64,000 nucleotides of DNA from Vicinamibacteria bacterium (GTDB lineage: Bacteria; Acidobacteriota; Vicinamibacteria; Marinacidobacterales; Marinacidobacteraceae): positions 2,656,001 to 2,720,000 of the forward strand of contig CAXXLQ010000004.1 of the NCBI GenBank assembly GCA_963668695.2. The letters run 5' to 3'. Of the stretch, positions 50,542 to 60,009 are shown piece after piece (the first letter of the stretch is position 1; the number at the start of each line of letters is the position of its first letter). The translations under genes and the position numbers were made by a program. The notes below the pieces were generated by a model. The model made no database searches, was not told the DNA's origin, and saw only the letters and a list, made by a program, of their open reading frames with translations.

Positions 50542-50961
50542 CTATGTCGCTTGCGCTCCCAGGTCGTAAACCGGGATTCCCAGCCCTTGGGCCGCCGCCA
50601 CCATGCGCCGGTCGTAGCTGGCGAGCCGGACGTTCTGGCCGTTGTCGCGCAGGTACACGATGGTAGCGACGTGCAGTGCATCGAGGGTGCGCAACGTTGC
50701 GGGAAACGGATCGAGGGCGCGGGCCAACACGGTCGGCAACAAGTCCACGAGTGATATCCGGCCAAGGAGTTGGCGTGCGGGCTCTGCGTTGACCTCGGCG
50801 AGCCCGCGTGCGTGGAGGCGGACCCAGACTTCGTACTCGATAAGCCGGCTGGCAATGAGATCGTCATTCCAGAGGGCTGCGGGCGGCACCCGGTCTTCAG
50901 CCAGGATCTCGGCTATCGCGACCGAGGAGTCAAGGTAGATCACGATCGGCCCGGTCGTCAT
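50542..50961 (-). CDS. PIN-domain toxin
   Basis: IYLDSS, LRTLDALH.A, SYDRRM. Confidence 0.9.
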   Translation of the reverse strand: MTTGPIVIYLDSSVAIAEILAEDRVPPAALWNDDLIASRLIEYEVWVRLHARGLAEVNAEPARQLLGRISLVDLLPTVLARALDPFPATLRTLDALHVATIVYLRDNGQNVRLASYDRRMVAAAQGLGIPVYDLGAQAT

Positions 50962-51232
50962 CAAGCTCACGGAGGAGTTGTGCGAGAGTCGCGACGCGTT
51001 TTCCCGAAGGTGGCCGGCCCTTCAAGGGCAGAGCGGGAGGGGTGATCACGCCCTGGCGCACCATCTCGGCGAGGCGGGCATCCGCGATGTGCGGGCTTCT
51101 GGTCTCACATGGAGGACCCATCTCGGCGACGACGCGGCTTCGGTCGGTGATAAGCACCGTTTCGCCCGAGGCTGCAAGACGTACGTACTCGCTAAGGCGG
51201 CTGTTCAACACCTTGATCCCGACGGCTCGCAT
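50930..51232 (-). CDS. Phd/YefM-family antitoxin
   Basis: MRAVGIKVLNSRLSEYVR....GE..LITDR..VVAE; upstream GTAGCCAC/GTAGCGAC repeats. Confidence 0.85.
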   Translation of the reverse strand: MRAVGIKVLNSRLSEYVRLAASGETVLITDRSRVVAEMGPPCETRSPHIADARLAEMVRQGVITPPALPLKGRPPSGKRVATLAQLLRELDDDRADRDLP

Positions 51233-51310
51233 AACCCTATGGTAGCCACTAGTAGCGACTTTGGCCAACCGGATGCGCGAGCGGACCGGAGCCGGGCGCG
51301 GTGTCCTGTT

Positions 51311-52336
51311 TCAGTCCACGCAGAAGATCGACTTCGGCATGTGCATGCTCACCAGCATGTTGGGGACGTCCACCGTTTCCGAGATCTTGAGGTCCCCCGC
51401 GAGCGAGCACAGGACGTATGCCTCTTCGGGGGTGAGTCCGTGCTCCGCCACCAGGTAGGCGATCATGTGGCGGGTCGCCTTCTTCGCCGCTTCGCCGATT
51501 GATGGGTCGAATCCGGTGACTGCGTAGTACTCGTCGGTCTCGTACTCGGGCTCGGTGATCCCCCGCGGATTAGGCATCACCTCGAGCGTGACGACGAGCC
51601 GCATCGGGACTTCGATGGCGGTCCCGGAAACCTCGCCGTCCGCCTGTACCGCATGGGTGTCCCCGATCGAGAAGTTCGCCCCCGGGACCTGGACGGGGAT
51701 GTACACGGTGGTCCCGACGCGCATGTGGCGGTTGTCCATGTTTCCGCCGTTCTCGCGGGGCGGAATGGTCACCAGCATCTCGTCGGTTGCCGGAGCCACG
51801 CCGAGAACGCCCGGGAACGGGGAAAGGGGAATGGTGATCCGGTCGTTGAAGCGGGCCTCACTGGAGCCGGGCCCCATGTCGAAACTCCGGATCCAGGGCT
51901 CCGTGAACTCGTCGGCGAGGAAGCCGAACCCGGGGAAAATCCCGGCCCAGCCGGGGCCCTGAACGTCGGCTTCGTGGATCGTGACCGCAAGCAAATCGCC
52001 CGGTTCCGCCCCTTCGACCGCGATGGGCCCGGTGAGCGCGTGGATCAGTCCGAAGTCCACCTGTCGAAGGTCTTCGGCCGTGGTTTCCGGGGTGATCTGC
52101 CCATCCGACGCTTCCTTCGTGAAGATCTCCACGACCGCGCCCGATGGCACGGTCAGGACCGGCGGAATCGTCGCGCTCCAGCGGTTGTGGGTGTTGTCCG
52201 CGGCGAGGGTGTAGTCCGCCGTCAGCGCTGGTTCCGGTTCAGGTGCGGGCGGGGATGCGGGTTCCGGCGACCCGCAGGCGGCGGTGAAGGCGAGGGCGGC
52301 GAGGTAGGCAGCGGTTCTCACGGCGGACTGGTTCAT
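51311..52336 (-). CDS. Acetamidase/formamidase family lipoprotein
   Basis: HALTGP..VEGAEPGD, GGNMD, GDTH..Q.DGEV.GTAIE; lipobox TAAC. Confidence 0.9.
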   Translation of the reverse strand: MNQSAVRTAAYLAALAFTAACGSPEPASPPAPEPEPALTADYTLAADNTHNRWSATIPPVLTVPSGAVVEIFTKEASDGQITPETTAEDLRQVDFGLIHALTGPIAVEGAEPGDLLAVTIHEADVQGPGWAGIFPGFGFLADEFTEPWIRSFDMGPGSSEARFNDRITIPLSPFPGVLGVAPATDEMLVTIPPRENGGNMDNRHMRVGTTVYIPVQVPGANFSIGDTHAVQADGEVSGTAIEVPMRLVVTLEVMPNPRGITEPEYETDEYYAVTGFDPSIGEAAKKATRHMIAYLVAEHGLTPEEAYVLCSLAGDLKISETVDVPNMLVSMHMPKSIFCVD

Positions 52337-52596
52337 CGGGGAACTCCTTGCGCGGAGGCGCGGAGCCGATTATCCGCGTTGTGGCCGGGGGCTGGGCTGG
52401 GGTGTTCTTCCTGCCGGTGCCCAAAGCGCGCTGCTTCTCAGGAGTCGGCGTATCGCCGTGTGCGAAAAGGACTGATGGCAGCGAACTCTGTTCGCTACCC
52501 GCGGGTTCGGGGGGAAAGCGTGAAAGGGGGGCTACTGCCCCCTTTCACAAAAAAACAACGACGAATCGGAACTCGCCGCAGCGCGCCAACGGCGGG

Positions 52597-52644
52597 CAAG
52601 GGAGTTGCCAAGGGAGTTGCCAAGGGAGTTGCCAAGGGAGTTGC
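52597..52644. repeat. Perfect 4 x 12-bp tandem repeat (CAAGGGAGTTGC)
   Basis: Read directly from the sequence; intergenic. Confidence 0.92.
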
Positions 52645-52696
52645 GATGTCCGGCGCGCAGCGCCGGGCGGACCGGTCGGGGGGTGCCGGAACCAGT

Positions 52697-53722
52697 TCAA
52701 CGTGAGGGAGTGCCGCGGTTCCCTGACTGCGCCCCCCGACCGGTCTGCTCGACCTCGGGAGCCGCGTAGTAGCCCTTGCGAGTCCTTGCGATGAGGTCAT
52801 CGCGGCCCTTGATCTTGACATCGATGCTCCGCCAGCCGCCTTCCTTGCGGTCCTTGGAAGGGAGGTAGGCGATCTGGTACTGCCGGTGCAATTCGTACTG
52901 GATCTGCCGGAAATGGCGCGAGAGGTCTTCGATCTCGTCGGGGTAATAGGAACGTCCTCCGCTTTGTTCCGCCACCGCGTCCAGAAAATCGCGGTTGAGC
53001 CGCCCGCCGCCCTCGGGACTCCATCCCGTGTAACCCACCGTGTAGATCGCGCCTTCGGAGAGTCGTGCGCCCTCGAGTGCGTGCTCCCGGGTGCTGACGC
53101 TTCCCTTGGCGTCGGGCCCGGAATCCTCGCCGTCCGAAACCAGGATCAGCGCCTTCCGCTCTTCCACCCGGGAGAGTTCCTGGAGGCTCGTCAGGATCGC
53201 GTCATAGAGCGCCGTTCTTCCGAAGGGCCGCATGGCGCGGATCGTGGGGATCTGGTCCCAGATGTCCGATGCGTAGGGAGGCCCGAATCGGACGCCTTCA
53301 CTGAAGGTGGCGACCCGTCCCTGATCGGCGGTCGCCATGTTGCGGAGGAAGAGATAGGCCGCGGTCTGGATAGCCGACAGACTCGAGCGCACGGAGGCGG
53401 ATGAGTCGAGCAGCAGCAGGCTGGTCACGGGAGTCAGGTCGGCCGTGAAGTAACGGATCTCCTGGGGAACGCCGTCCTCGAGGACCTCGAAATCGTCGGC
53501 CGCGAGACCAGTGACGAAACGGCCCCGGTCATCGGCGACCACCACGTCGAGGGTGACGCTCGGAACGCGGACCATAAAACTGAAGCGCTCTCCGAGCATC
53601 GTTTCACGCTCGATCGTGGCCGGCCTGTCCGGCACCGGTGGCTGGGTCGGAGGCTGTCCCGGCGCGAACGACCCGAACGCCAGCAGGGTCACAATGGCGG
53701 TTGGAAACAGGACGGTTCGCAT
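52697..53722 (-). CDS. VWA domain protein (Acidobacterial VWFA-related type)
   Basis: V.DDRGRFVTGL..DDF.V.EDG.PQ, DSSAS MIDAS, TALYDA, SDGED, RTRKGY. Confidence 0.9.
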   Translation of the reverse strand: MRTVLFPTAIVTLLAFGSFAPGQPPTQPPVPDRPATIERETMLGERFSFMVRVPSVTLDVVVADDRGRFVTGLAADDFEVLEDGVPQEIRYFTADLTPVTSLLLLDSSASVRSSLSAIQTAAYLFLRNMATADQGRVATFSEGVRFGPPYASDIWDQIPTIRAMRPFGRTALYDAILTSLQELSRVEERKALILVSDGEDSGPDAKGSVSTREHALEGARLSEGAIYTVGYTGWSPEGGGRLNRDFLDAVAEQSGGRSYYPDEIEDLSRHFRQIQYELHRQYQIAYLPSKDRKEGGWRSIDVKIKGRDDLIARTRKGYYAAPEVEQTGRGAQSGNRGTPSR

Positions 53723-53859
53723 GACGTTGGGAACGGTCGTAGTCTAGGTTGCTCAGGAGCCTCGCGCCGGATGCGGCCCCCGTACTCTTGCGGTCTCCCG
53801 GCGTTCCCGGTTACTCTCGCGGCTCGGATGATTCGATCCCGGCGAGGAGGAGCCTCCCC

Positions 53860-54330
53860 ATGAGCTATTGCGTTCGCATCAGCGTCAACGGAAAAGCCGA
53901 AGAACACAGCGTCGAAGCCCGGTTGCTGCTGTGCCATCTGCTCCGTGATCGTCTGGGTCTCACCGGGACGAACATCGGCTGTGACACCTCGCAGTGCGGT
54001 TCCTGCACGGTCCTGATGGACGGCAAGGCTGTCAAGTCGTGCACGGTGCTCGCGGTCCAGGCCGACGGGTTCGAGGTCACGACCATCGAGGGCCTGGCCG
54101 GCGATGACGGGCTCCACCCCGTTCAGCAGGCATTTTGGGACAACCACGGCCTGCAGTGCGGGTTCTGCACACCGGGGATGATCCTGACCGCGGTCGAGAT
54201 CCTGAACCGGAATCCCGAGGCCACGGGCGCCGAAGTGCGCCACGGTCTCGAAGGCAACATCTGCCGCTGTACCGGCTACGAGAACATCGTCAAGTCGGTG
54301 GTGGCGGCCGGCGCGCGTGGATCGAGCTAG
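53860..54330 (+). CDS. coxS: CoxS-like 2Fe-2S subunit (form II cluster)
   Basis: [27 protein letters not shown]. Confidence 0.88.
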   Translation: MSYCVRISVNGKAEEHSVEARLLLCHLLRDRLGLTGTNIGCDTSQCGSCTVLMDGKAVKSCTVLAVQADGFEVTTIEGLAGDDGLHPVQQAFWDNHGLQCGFCTPGMILTAVEILNRNPEATGAEVRHGLEGNICRCTGYENIVKSVVAAGARGSS

Positions 54331-54372
54331 GCGGAGCCGGCACCCTTTCACCAGAGGATCGGGAGGAGAACG

Positions 54373-56733
54373 ATGGGCCGTTACGTAGGAGCTTCCATAA
54401 AGCGGCGGGAAGATCCCCGCTTCATTCAGGGGCAGGGGCGCTACGTCGCCAACCTCCAGCTTCGGGACATGGTGCACGTTGCCATCAAGCGCAGCCCCTA
54501 CGCCCACGCCCGGATCACCGGGATGGACACTTCGGCGGCGAGCGCCATGGAGGGAGTGTTGGCCGTATTCACCGGCCAGGATTTCAAGGACGGGGGCTGC
54601 GGCTTCCTGCCGTGCGGTTGGCTGGTGCCGGATACCAAGGTTCCCGACCGGCCGATCGTGGTGATCGACCGCGTCTGCCACGTCGGCGATTCGGTTGCGG
54701 TGGTGGTCGCCGAGGATCCCTATATCGCCGCCGATGCGGTCGAGGCGATCGAGGTGGACTACGACCCGCTCCCGACCGTGGTGGACGCCCGCGGCGCGAC
54801 GGACGAGGGGGCGCCTCTCGTCCATGACGAGATCGAAGGCAACGTTTCCTACCACTGGGAACTCGGGGACCAGGAGGCGCGCGACAAGGCATTTGCCGAG
54901 GCCGACGAGATCGTGGACCTCGAGCTCGTGAACCAGCGGCTGATCCCTACCGCCATGGAGCCCCGCGCGGCGGCGGCGCAGTGGGACGCGGCATCCGAAG
55001 AGATGACGCTCTGGACCACCAGCCAGAACCCGCACCCGATCCGGCTGTTGCTTTCCGCCTTCACGCTGAAAATCCCGGAGAGCAGGCTGCGCGTCATCTC
55101 CCCCGATGTCGGTGGCGGGTTCGGCAGCAAGATCTTCCACTACCCCGAAGAGGTCATCGTGCCGTGGGTGGCGCGCGAGGTCGGTCGCCCGGTGCGGTGG
55201 GTCGCAACCCGGACCGAGAGCCAGATGACCGACTCCCAGGGACGCGACCACGTCACGGTCGCCCGGCTCGCCGTGAAGAGCGACGGCACGTTTACCGGGC
55301 TCGACGTGGAGACCTGGGCGAACCAGGGCGCCTATCTGTCCACGTTCGCTCCGCTCATTCCGACCGCGCTCTACATCACCCTGCTGTCCGGGAACTACAA
55401 GATGCCCGGCGTGTTCGGCAAGGTGCACGGCACGCTGACCCACACCGTGCCGGTGGACGCCTACCGTGGCGCGGGGCGGCCGGAAGCCGCCTACCTCGTC
55501 GAGCGCCTGGTGGATCTGGCGGCCGCTCGCTTGGGCCGGGATCCGCTGGAACTCCGGCGGCAGAACGCGATTCCCAAGGAGGACTTCCCCTACCAGACCC
55601 CCGTCGCCTTCCAGTACGACAGCGGCGATTACGACCGGCTGATGCAGACGGCCGCCGATCGGGCGGACTACGCCGGCATGCGGCAGGCGCAGGCTGAAGC
55701 GCGCGCCGAAGGCAAGCTGCGCGGGGTTGGCGTGGTGTGCTGCATCGAAGCCAGCGGTCCGGCGCCCTCGGCGGTGGCCGGGGCGCTCGGTGCGGCAGTG
55801 GGATTTTGGGAGAGCGGTGAGATACGCGTCCATCCCACCGGGCAGATCAGCGTCTTCACCGGCTCCCACTCCCATGGCCAGGGGCATGAGACCACCTTCG
55901 CGCAGGTGGCTGCGGACGAGCTGGGGGTGCCCATGGAGAGCGTGGAGGTTGTCCACGGAGACACCGGCCGCGTGAACTTCGGCATGGGAACCTACGGGAG
56001 CCGGAGCGCCTGCGTGGGCGGCTCGGCACTCGTCCGGAGCGCCGAGAAAGTGCGGGCCAAGGTCCTCAAGCTCGGCGCCCATCTGCTCGAGGCGGCGGAA
56101 GAAGACGTGGTGTACGACCGAGAAGCCGGCCGGGTCCACGTGAAGGGCTCACCCGACCGCGGAAAGGAGTTCGGCGAACTTGCCTTTGCCGCTTACACCG
56201 CCCACAACCTGCCCGAGGGCATGGAGCCGGGCCTCAACTTCGTGAGCTTCTACGACCCCGCGAACTTCACCTTCCCGGCGAGTTCGCACATCTGCGAGGT
56301 CGAGGTCTGCCCCGAGAGCTGGGAGGTCTCGATCCTCCGCTACGTGGCGGTGGACGACGTGGGCAAGGTGATCAACCCGATGATCGTGGAGGGCCAGATC
56401 CACGGCGGCGTCGTCCAGGGTGTTGGCCAGGCGCTCACCGAGATTGGCGTTTACTCCGACGACGGCCAGCTTCTTTCCGGCACGCTGCTCGAGTACGCCG
56501 TGCCCCGGGCCGACCTGCTGCCGGGAATCGAGGTAGACCGCATCGAGACCCCGTCCCCGCACAACCCGCTCGGGGTCAAGGGCGCCGGAGAGATGGGGAC
56601 CATCGCGGCCACGCCGGTGGTCGCGAACGCGGTGATGGATGCGCTCGCTCCCCTGGGAGTCACCCACATGGAGTTGCCGCTCACCCCGGAGAAAATCTGG
56701 CGGGCCGTCCAGGCGGCCCAAGGCGCCGCCTGA
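54373..56733 (+). CDS. coxL: Molybdenum hydroxylase large subunit, form II CoxL-like
   Basis: AYRGAGR motif, GGGFGSK, HGQGHET, VKGAGE; gene order S-L-M. Confidence 0.88.
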   Translation: MGRYVGASIKRREDPRFIQGQGRYVANLQLRDMVHVAIKRSPYAHARITGMDTSAASAMEGVLAVFTGQDFKDGGCGFLPCGWLVPDTKVPDRPIVVIDRVCHVGDSVAVVVAEDPYIAADAVEAIEVDYDPLPTVVDARGATDEGAPLVHDEIEGNVSYHWELGDQEARDKAFAEADEIVDLELVNQRLIPTAMEPRAAAAQWDAASEEMTLWTTSQNPHPIRLLLSAFTLKIPESRLRVISPDVGGGFGSKIFHYPEEVIVPWVAREVGRPVRWVATRTESQMTDSQGRDHVTVARLAVKSDGTFTGLDVETWANQGAYLSTFAPLIPTALYITLLSGNYKMPGVFGKVHGTLTHTVPVDAYRGAGRPEAAYLVERLVDLAAARLGRDPLELRRQNAIPKEDFPYQTPVAFQYDSGDYDRLMQTAADRADYAGMRQAQAEARAEGKLRGVGVVCCIEASGPAPSAVAGALGAAVGFWESGEIRVHPTGQISVFTGSHSHGQGHETTFAQVAADELGVPMESVEVVHGDTGRVNFGMGTYGSRSACVGGSALVRSAEKVRAKVLKLGAHLLEAAEEDVVYDREAGRVHVKGSPDRGKEFGELAFAAYTAHNLPEGMEPGLNFVSFYDPANFTFPASSHICEVEVCPESWEVSILRYVAVDDVGKVINPMIVEGQIHGGVVQGVGQALTEIGVYSDDGQLLSGTLLEYAVPRADLLPGIEVDRIETPSPHNPLGVKGAGEMGTIAATPVVANAVMDALAPLGVTHMELPLTPEKIWRAVQAAQGAA

Positions 56734-56781
56734 GCGATGCCGCTTGCGCGACGCCGCCTGAGAAGCGAATAGGAGATTTCG

Positions 56782-57639
56782 ATGTTTCCGCAGCAGTTCG
56801 ATTACCACCGCGCCGCTTCGGTCGCCGAGGCGGTGGACCTTCTCGCCTCGCTTCCGGATGCCAAGCTGGTCGCGGGTGGGCACAGTCTCATCCCGGCGAT
56901 GAAACTGCGCGCCGCGCAGCCGGCTGCGGTCGTGGACATCGGGCGGATTCCCGGTTTGTCCGGAATCACCGCCGACGGTGACAGCCTCGTTATCGGCGCG
57001 CTCGCCACGCATGCCGCGGTGGCCGACTCGGCGGCCGTGCAGGACGCTTGTCCCATGCTGGCGGAGACCGCGGCGGCGATCGGGGACATCCAGGTCCGGA
57101 ACCGGGGCACGCTGGGAGGCAGTCTGGCTCATGCGGATCCGGGCGCCGACTATCCGGCGGCGATGCTCGCGCTCGGCGCGGAGGTCACCGCGGTCGGAAA
57201 GGAAGGGGAACGCACCATCTCCGCGTCCGACTTCTTCGTGGACATCCTCACCACGGCCCTTTCGGAAACCGAGGTCATCACCTCGGTTCGGGTTCCCAGT
57301 GCCGCGGGCGGGGCGTATCTGAAGCACCGCCATCCGGCCTCGAGCTACGCCGTGGTCGGGGTGGCTGCCCGAGTCGCCCTCGGCGGCGGCCAGGTCACGA
57401 GTTGCGCGATCGGCATCAATGGGGTCGCCGGCAAGGCGGCCCTCGCGGACGCGGCCGCGGAGGCGCTCTGCGGCGGTCCGGCGAGTGCCGACCGGATTGC
57501 GGCGGCGGCAGCCTTGGTCGCCGGCGCCTTCGACGAGCCGCTCGGCGATCTCTATGCCTCCGGAGAGTTCCGGATCCACCTGGCCGGGGTGTACACCAAG
57601 CGGGCCCTGACGATCGCCGCCGAGCGCGCGGCCGGCTAG
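56782..57639 (+). CDS. coxM: CoxM-like FAD subunit
   Basis: AGGHSL.P, QVRNRGTLGGS..HADP. Confidence 0.88.
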   Translation: MFPQQFDYHRAASVAEAVDLLASLPDAKLVAGGHSLIPAMKLRAAQPAAVVDIGRIPGLSGITADGDSLVIGALATHAAVADSAAVQDACPMLAETAAAIGDIQVRNRGTLGGSLAHADPGADYPAAMLALGAEVTAVGKEGERTISASDFFVDILTTALSETEVITSVRVPSAAGGAYLKHRHPASSYAVVGVAARVALGGGQVTSCAIGINGVAGKAALADAAAEALCGGPASADRIAAAAALVAGAFDEPLGDLYASGEFRIHLAGVYTKRALTIAAERAAG

Positions 57640-57818
57640 CAGCCTGTGGACAGAGTCACGCGGCGTTCGACCGGCGATGCATCCCCGCTGAACCGCGTCG
57701 CTGCGCGCCGCTCATCGTTGCGTTTCGGTCGAAATACACCCGGTATTCCTTCCTCACGCGCCTTGTCAGCCGGGCGCCTCGCCGGTCTCGGCGCTCACGT
57801 CACTCTGCCCAAAGGCGG
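57640..57818 (-). mobile_element. MITE copy G (179 bp) inserted at the coxM stop codon
   Basis: CTAG-CAGCCTGTGG...AAAGGCGG-CTAA. Confidence 0.88.
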
Positions 57819-57826
57819 CTAACCGC

Positions 57827-58738
57827 TTGTCCGCGACCGGGACGGCGACTTTTTCCTCGGTCCCCGAACTCGCGGGGGCGCTCGCGGGGGACGGGTACGT
57901 CGCCGACGCCGGGCTGGCGACGGCGCTGTTTTTGGCCCTCCGGCTCGAGCGTCCGCTCTTTCTGGAGGGCGAGGCCGGGGTGGGGAAGACCGAACTCGCC
58001 AAGGTAACCGCCGCCGTGCTTGACGCTCCGTTGATCCGGTTGCAGTGCTACGAAGGGCTGGACATTGCCCAGGCGGCGTACGAGTGGAACTACACCCGGC
58101 AGATGCTGGCGATCCGGCTGGCGGAGAGCGGCGGGGTGGCCATGGAGCAACACGACCTCTTCGGGCCGGAGTTCCTGCTTCGGCGGCCTCTGCTGCACGC
58201 CATCGAAACGTCGTCGCCCGACCGCCGGCCGGTGCTGCTCATCGACGAAGTGGATCGCAGCGACGAAGAGTTCGAGGCGTACCTGCTCGAGGTGCTTTCC
58301 GACTTCCAGATCACGATCCCCGAGATCGGAACCATTCGGGCGGACGCTCCGCCAGTGGTGGTCCTCACTTCGAACCGGACCCGGGAGGTGCACGACGCGC
58401 TCAAGCGGCGCTGCCTCTACCACTGGATCCCGTATCCCAGCTACGAGCGCGAGCTCGAGATCGTGCGCGGGCGGGTGCCACAGGCGGCGGCCCAACTGGC
58501 CTCCGAAGCCACCCGGTTCGCGCAGGAACTTCGCGAGTTGGATCTCTTCAAGCGTCCGGGGGTCTCGGAAACGCTTGATTGGACCATGGCGCTCGCATCC
58601 CTGGGGCAGACCGCTCTTGATGAGGCTGCGGTGGATCGGACGCTCGGGGCGCTGCTCAAGTATCGCGACGATCTGGAAATGGTGCGCGGGGAGCGGGCGG
58701 GGGCCATCCTCACCCGGATGGCCGCCGGCGCCCCTTGA
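57827..58738 (+). CDS. coxD: MoxR-family AAA ATPase (CoxD)
   Basis: GEAGVGKT, RLQCYEGLD, LLIDEVD, HDALKRRC. Confidence 0.9.
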   Translation: MSATGTATFSSVPELAGALAGDGYVADAGLATALFLALRLERPLFLEGEAGVGKTELAKVTAAVLDAPLIRLQCYEGLDIAQAAYEWNYTRQMLAIRLAESGGVAMEQHDLFGPEFLLRRPLLHAIETSSPDRRPVLLIDEVDRSDEEFEAYLLEVLSDFQITIPEIGTIRADAPPVVVLTSNRTREVHDALKRRCLYHWIPYPSYERELEIVRGRVPQAAAQLASEATRFAQELRELDLFKRPGVSETLDWTMALASLGQTALDEAAVDRTLGALLKYRDDLEMVRGERAGAILTRMAAGAP

Positions 58739-59994
58739 GCGCCGCGGCCGCGGGTCGGGAGCAGGTCTCTGCGCCGCAGCTTCCGCCGCTCCTTCAGAAC
58801 CTCACCCTCTTCGGGCGCCTCCTGCGGGGGATCGGACTCCCGGTCTCGACGGCCCGGATGCTCGACCTGGCGCAGGCGCTCCCGCTCATCGAGGTGTTCC
58901 GGCGGGAGGAATTCCACGCGGCCGCCCGCGCCCTCCTGATCCATCGGCGGGAGGATCTGGAACTCTTCGATGCGGCGTTTTCACTCTTCTGGGAGACGCC
59001 GCCCGAGCGGTGGACGCGGGCGCGGCTTCCGGGAATGACGCTCCGGCGACAGCGCTCGCCTCTCACCCAGGCGACCTTCCGGCCGGCCGCCAGCGGGGGT
59101 TCCGGCGATTCCGACGAGCAGCCGCCGCGGCCGCTTGCCCGGCGTACCTGGAGCGACCGGGAGGCTCTCGAGCACCGGGACTTCTCGGACCTCGACGATG
59201 ACGAACTGCGCGAGGTGCGCGCCCTCATCCGGGATGCCGGCTGGCAGGCGGCCCGGCGCCGGGTGGTGCGTTTTCGGCCGGGAGGGAACCGCAATCTGGA
59301 TCTCCGCCGGACGCTCCGCAGGGGACTCAGGTCGGGCGGGGAGTGGGTGCGGCTCGAACGCCGCCGGCGCCGGGAGAAACCGCGGCCCCTCATCGTGCTG
59401 GCCGACGTGAGCGGTTCGATGGAACAAACGGCCCGGGTTCTCCTCCACTTCCTCTATGGACTCTCCCATGGCTCGCCCGGCCGGGTGGAGGCATTCGTCT
59501 TCGCCACCCGACTCACCCGGATCACCAGGAAACTGGCTGACCGGCGAGTGGACCGCGCGCTCCGCGAGGCCTCGGAAGCGGTGCGCGACTGGTCCGGGGG
59601 AACCCGCATCGGGGAAGCACTCCTAAGGTTCAATCTGGAATGGGCGCGGCGCCTCCCGACTTCCTCCGCGGTAGTGCTGCTCGTGAGCGACGGGTGGGAC
59701 CGCGGCGATCCGGCGCTGGTCGCCAAGGAAATGGAGCGGCTCCAGAGACTCGCCTGGCGGATCGTCTGGCTCAATCCGCTGCTCTCGGATGAGGGCTATG
59801 AACCGCTCACCCGCGGGATGGCGGCGGCGCTTCCCCACATCCATGACTTCCTCCCGGTGAACAACCTCGCGAGCGTCCGCTCGTTGGCCGACCATCTGGG
59901 GAAGCTGGATCCCGTGGGACGCGCTACGGCCCCCCGTCTCGCCGCCTGGCGGCGGGCCCTCGCACCCGCGGCTCCGGCCCCCTCCGCACGATAA
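58735..59994 (+). CDS. coxE: VWA-domain CoxE
   Basis: DVSGSM, F.TRLT, GGTRIG, SDGWD, WLNP. Confidence 0.9.
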   Translation: MSAAAAGREQVSAPQLPPLLQNLTLFGRLLRGIGLPVSTARMLDLAQALPLIEVFRREEFHAAARALLIHRREDLELFDAAFSLFWETPPERWTRARLPGMTLRRQRSPLTQATFRPAASGGSGDSDEQPPRPLARRTWSDREALEHRDFSDLDDDELREVRALIRDAGWQAARRRVVRFRPGGNRNLDLRRTLRRGLRSGGEWVRLERRRRREKPRPLIVLADVSGSMEQTARVLLHFLYGLSHGSPGRVEAFVFATRLTRITRKLADRRVDRALREASEAVRDWSGGTRIGEALLRFNLEWARRLPTSSAVVLLVSDGWDRGDPALVAKEMERLQRLAWRIVWLNPLLSDEGYEPLTRGMAAALPHIHDFLPVNNLASVRSLADHLGKLDPVGRATAPRLAAWRRALAPAAPAPSAR

Positions 59995-60009
59995 TCCGGT
60001 AGCCCCACC

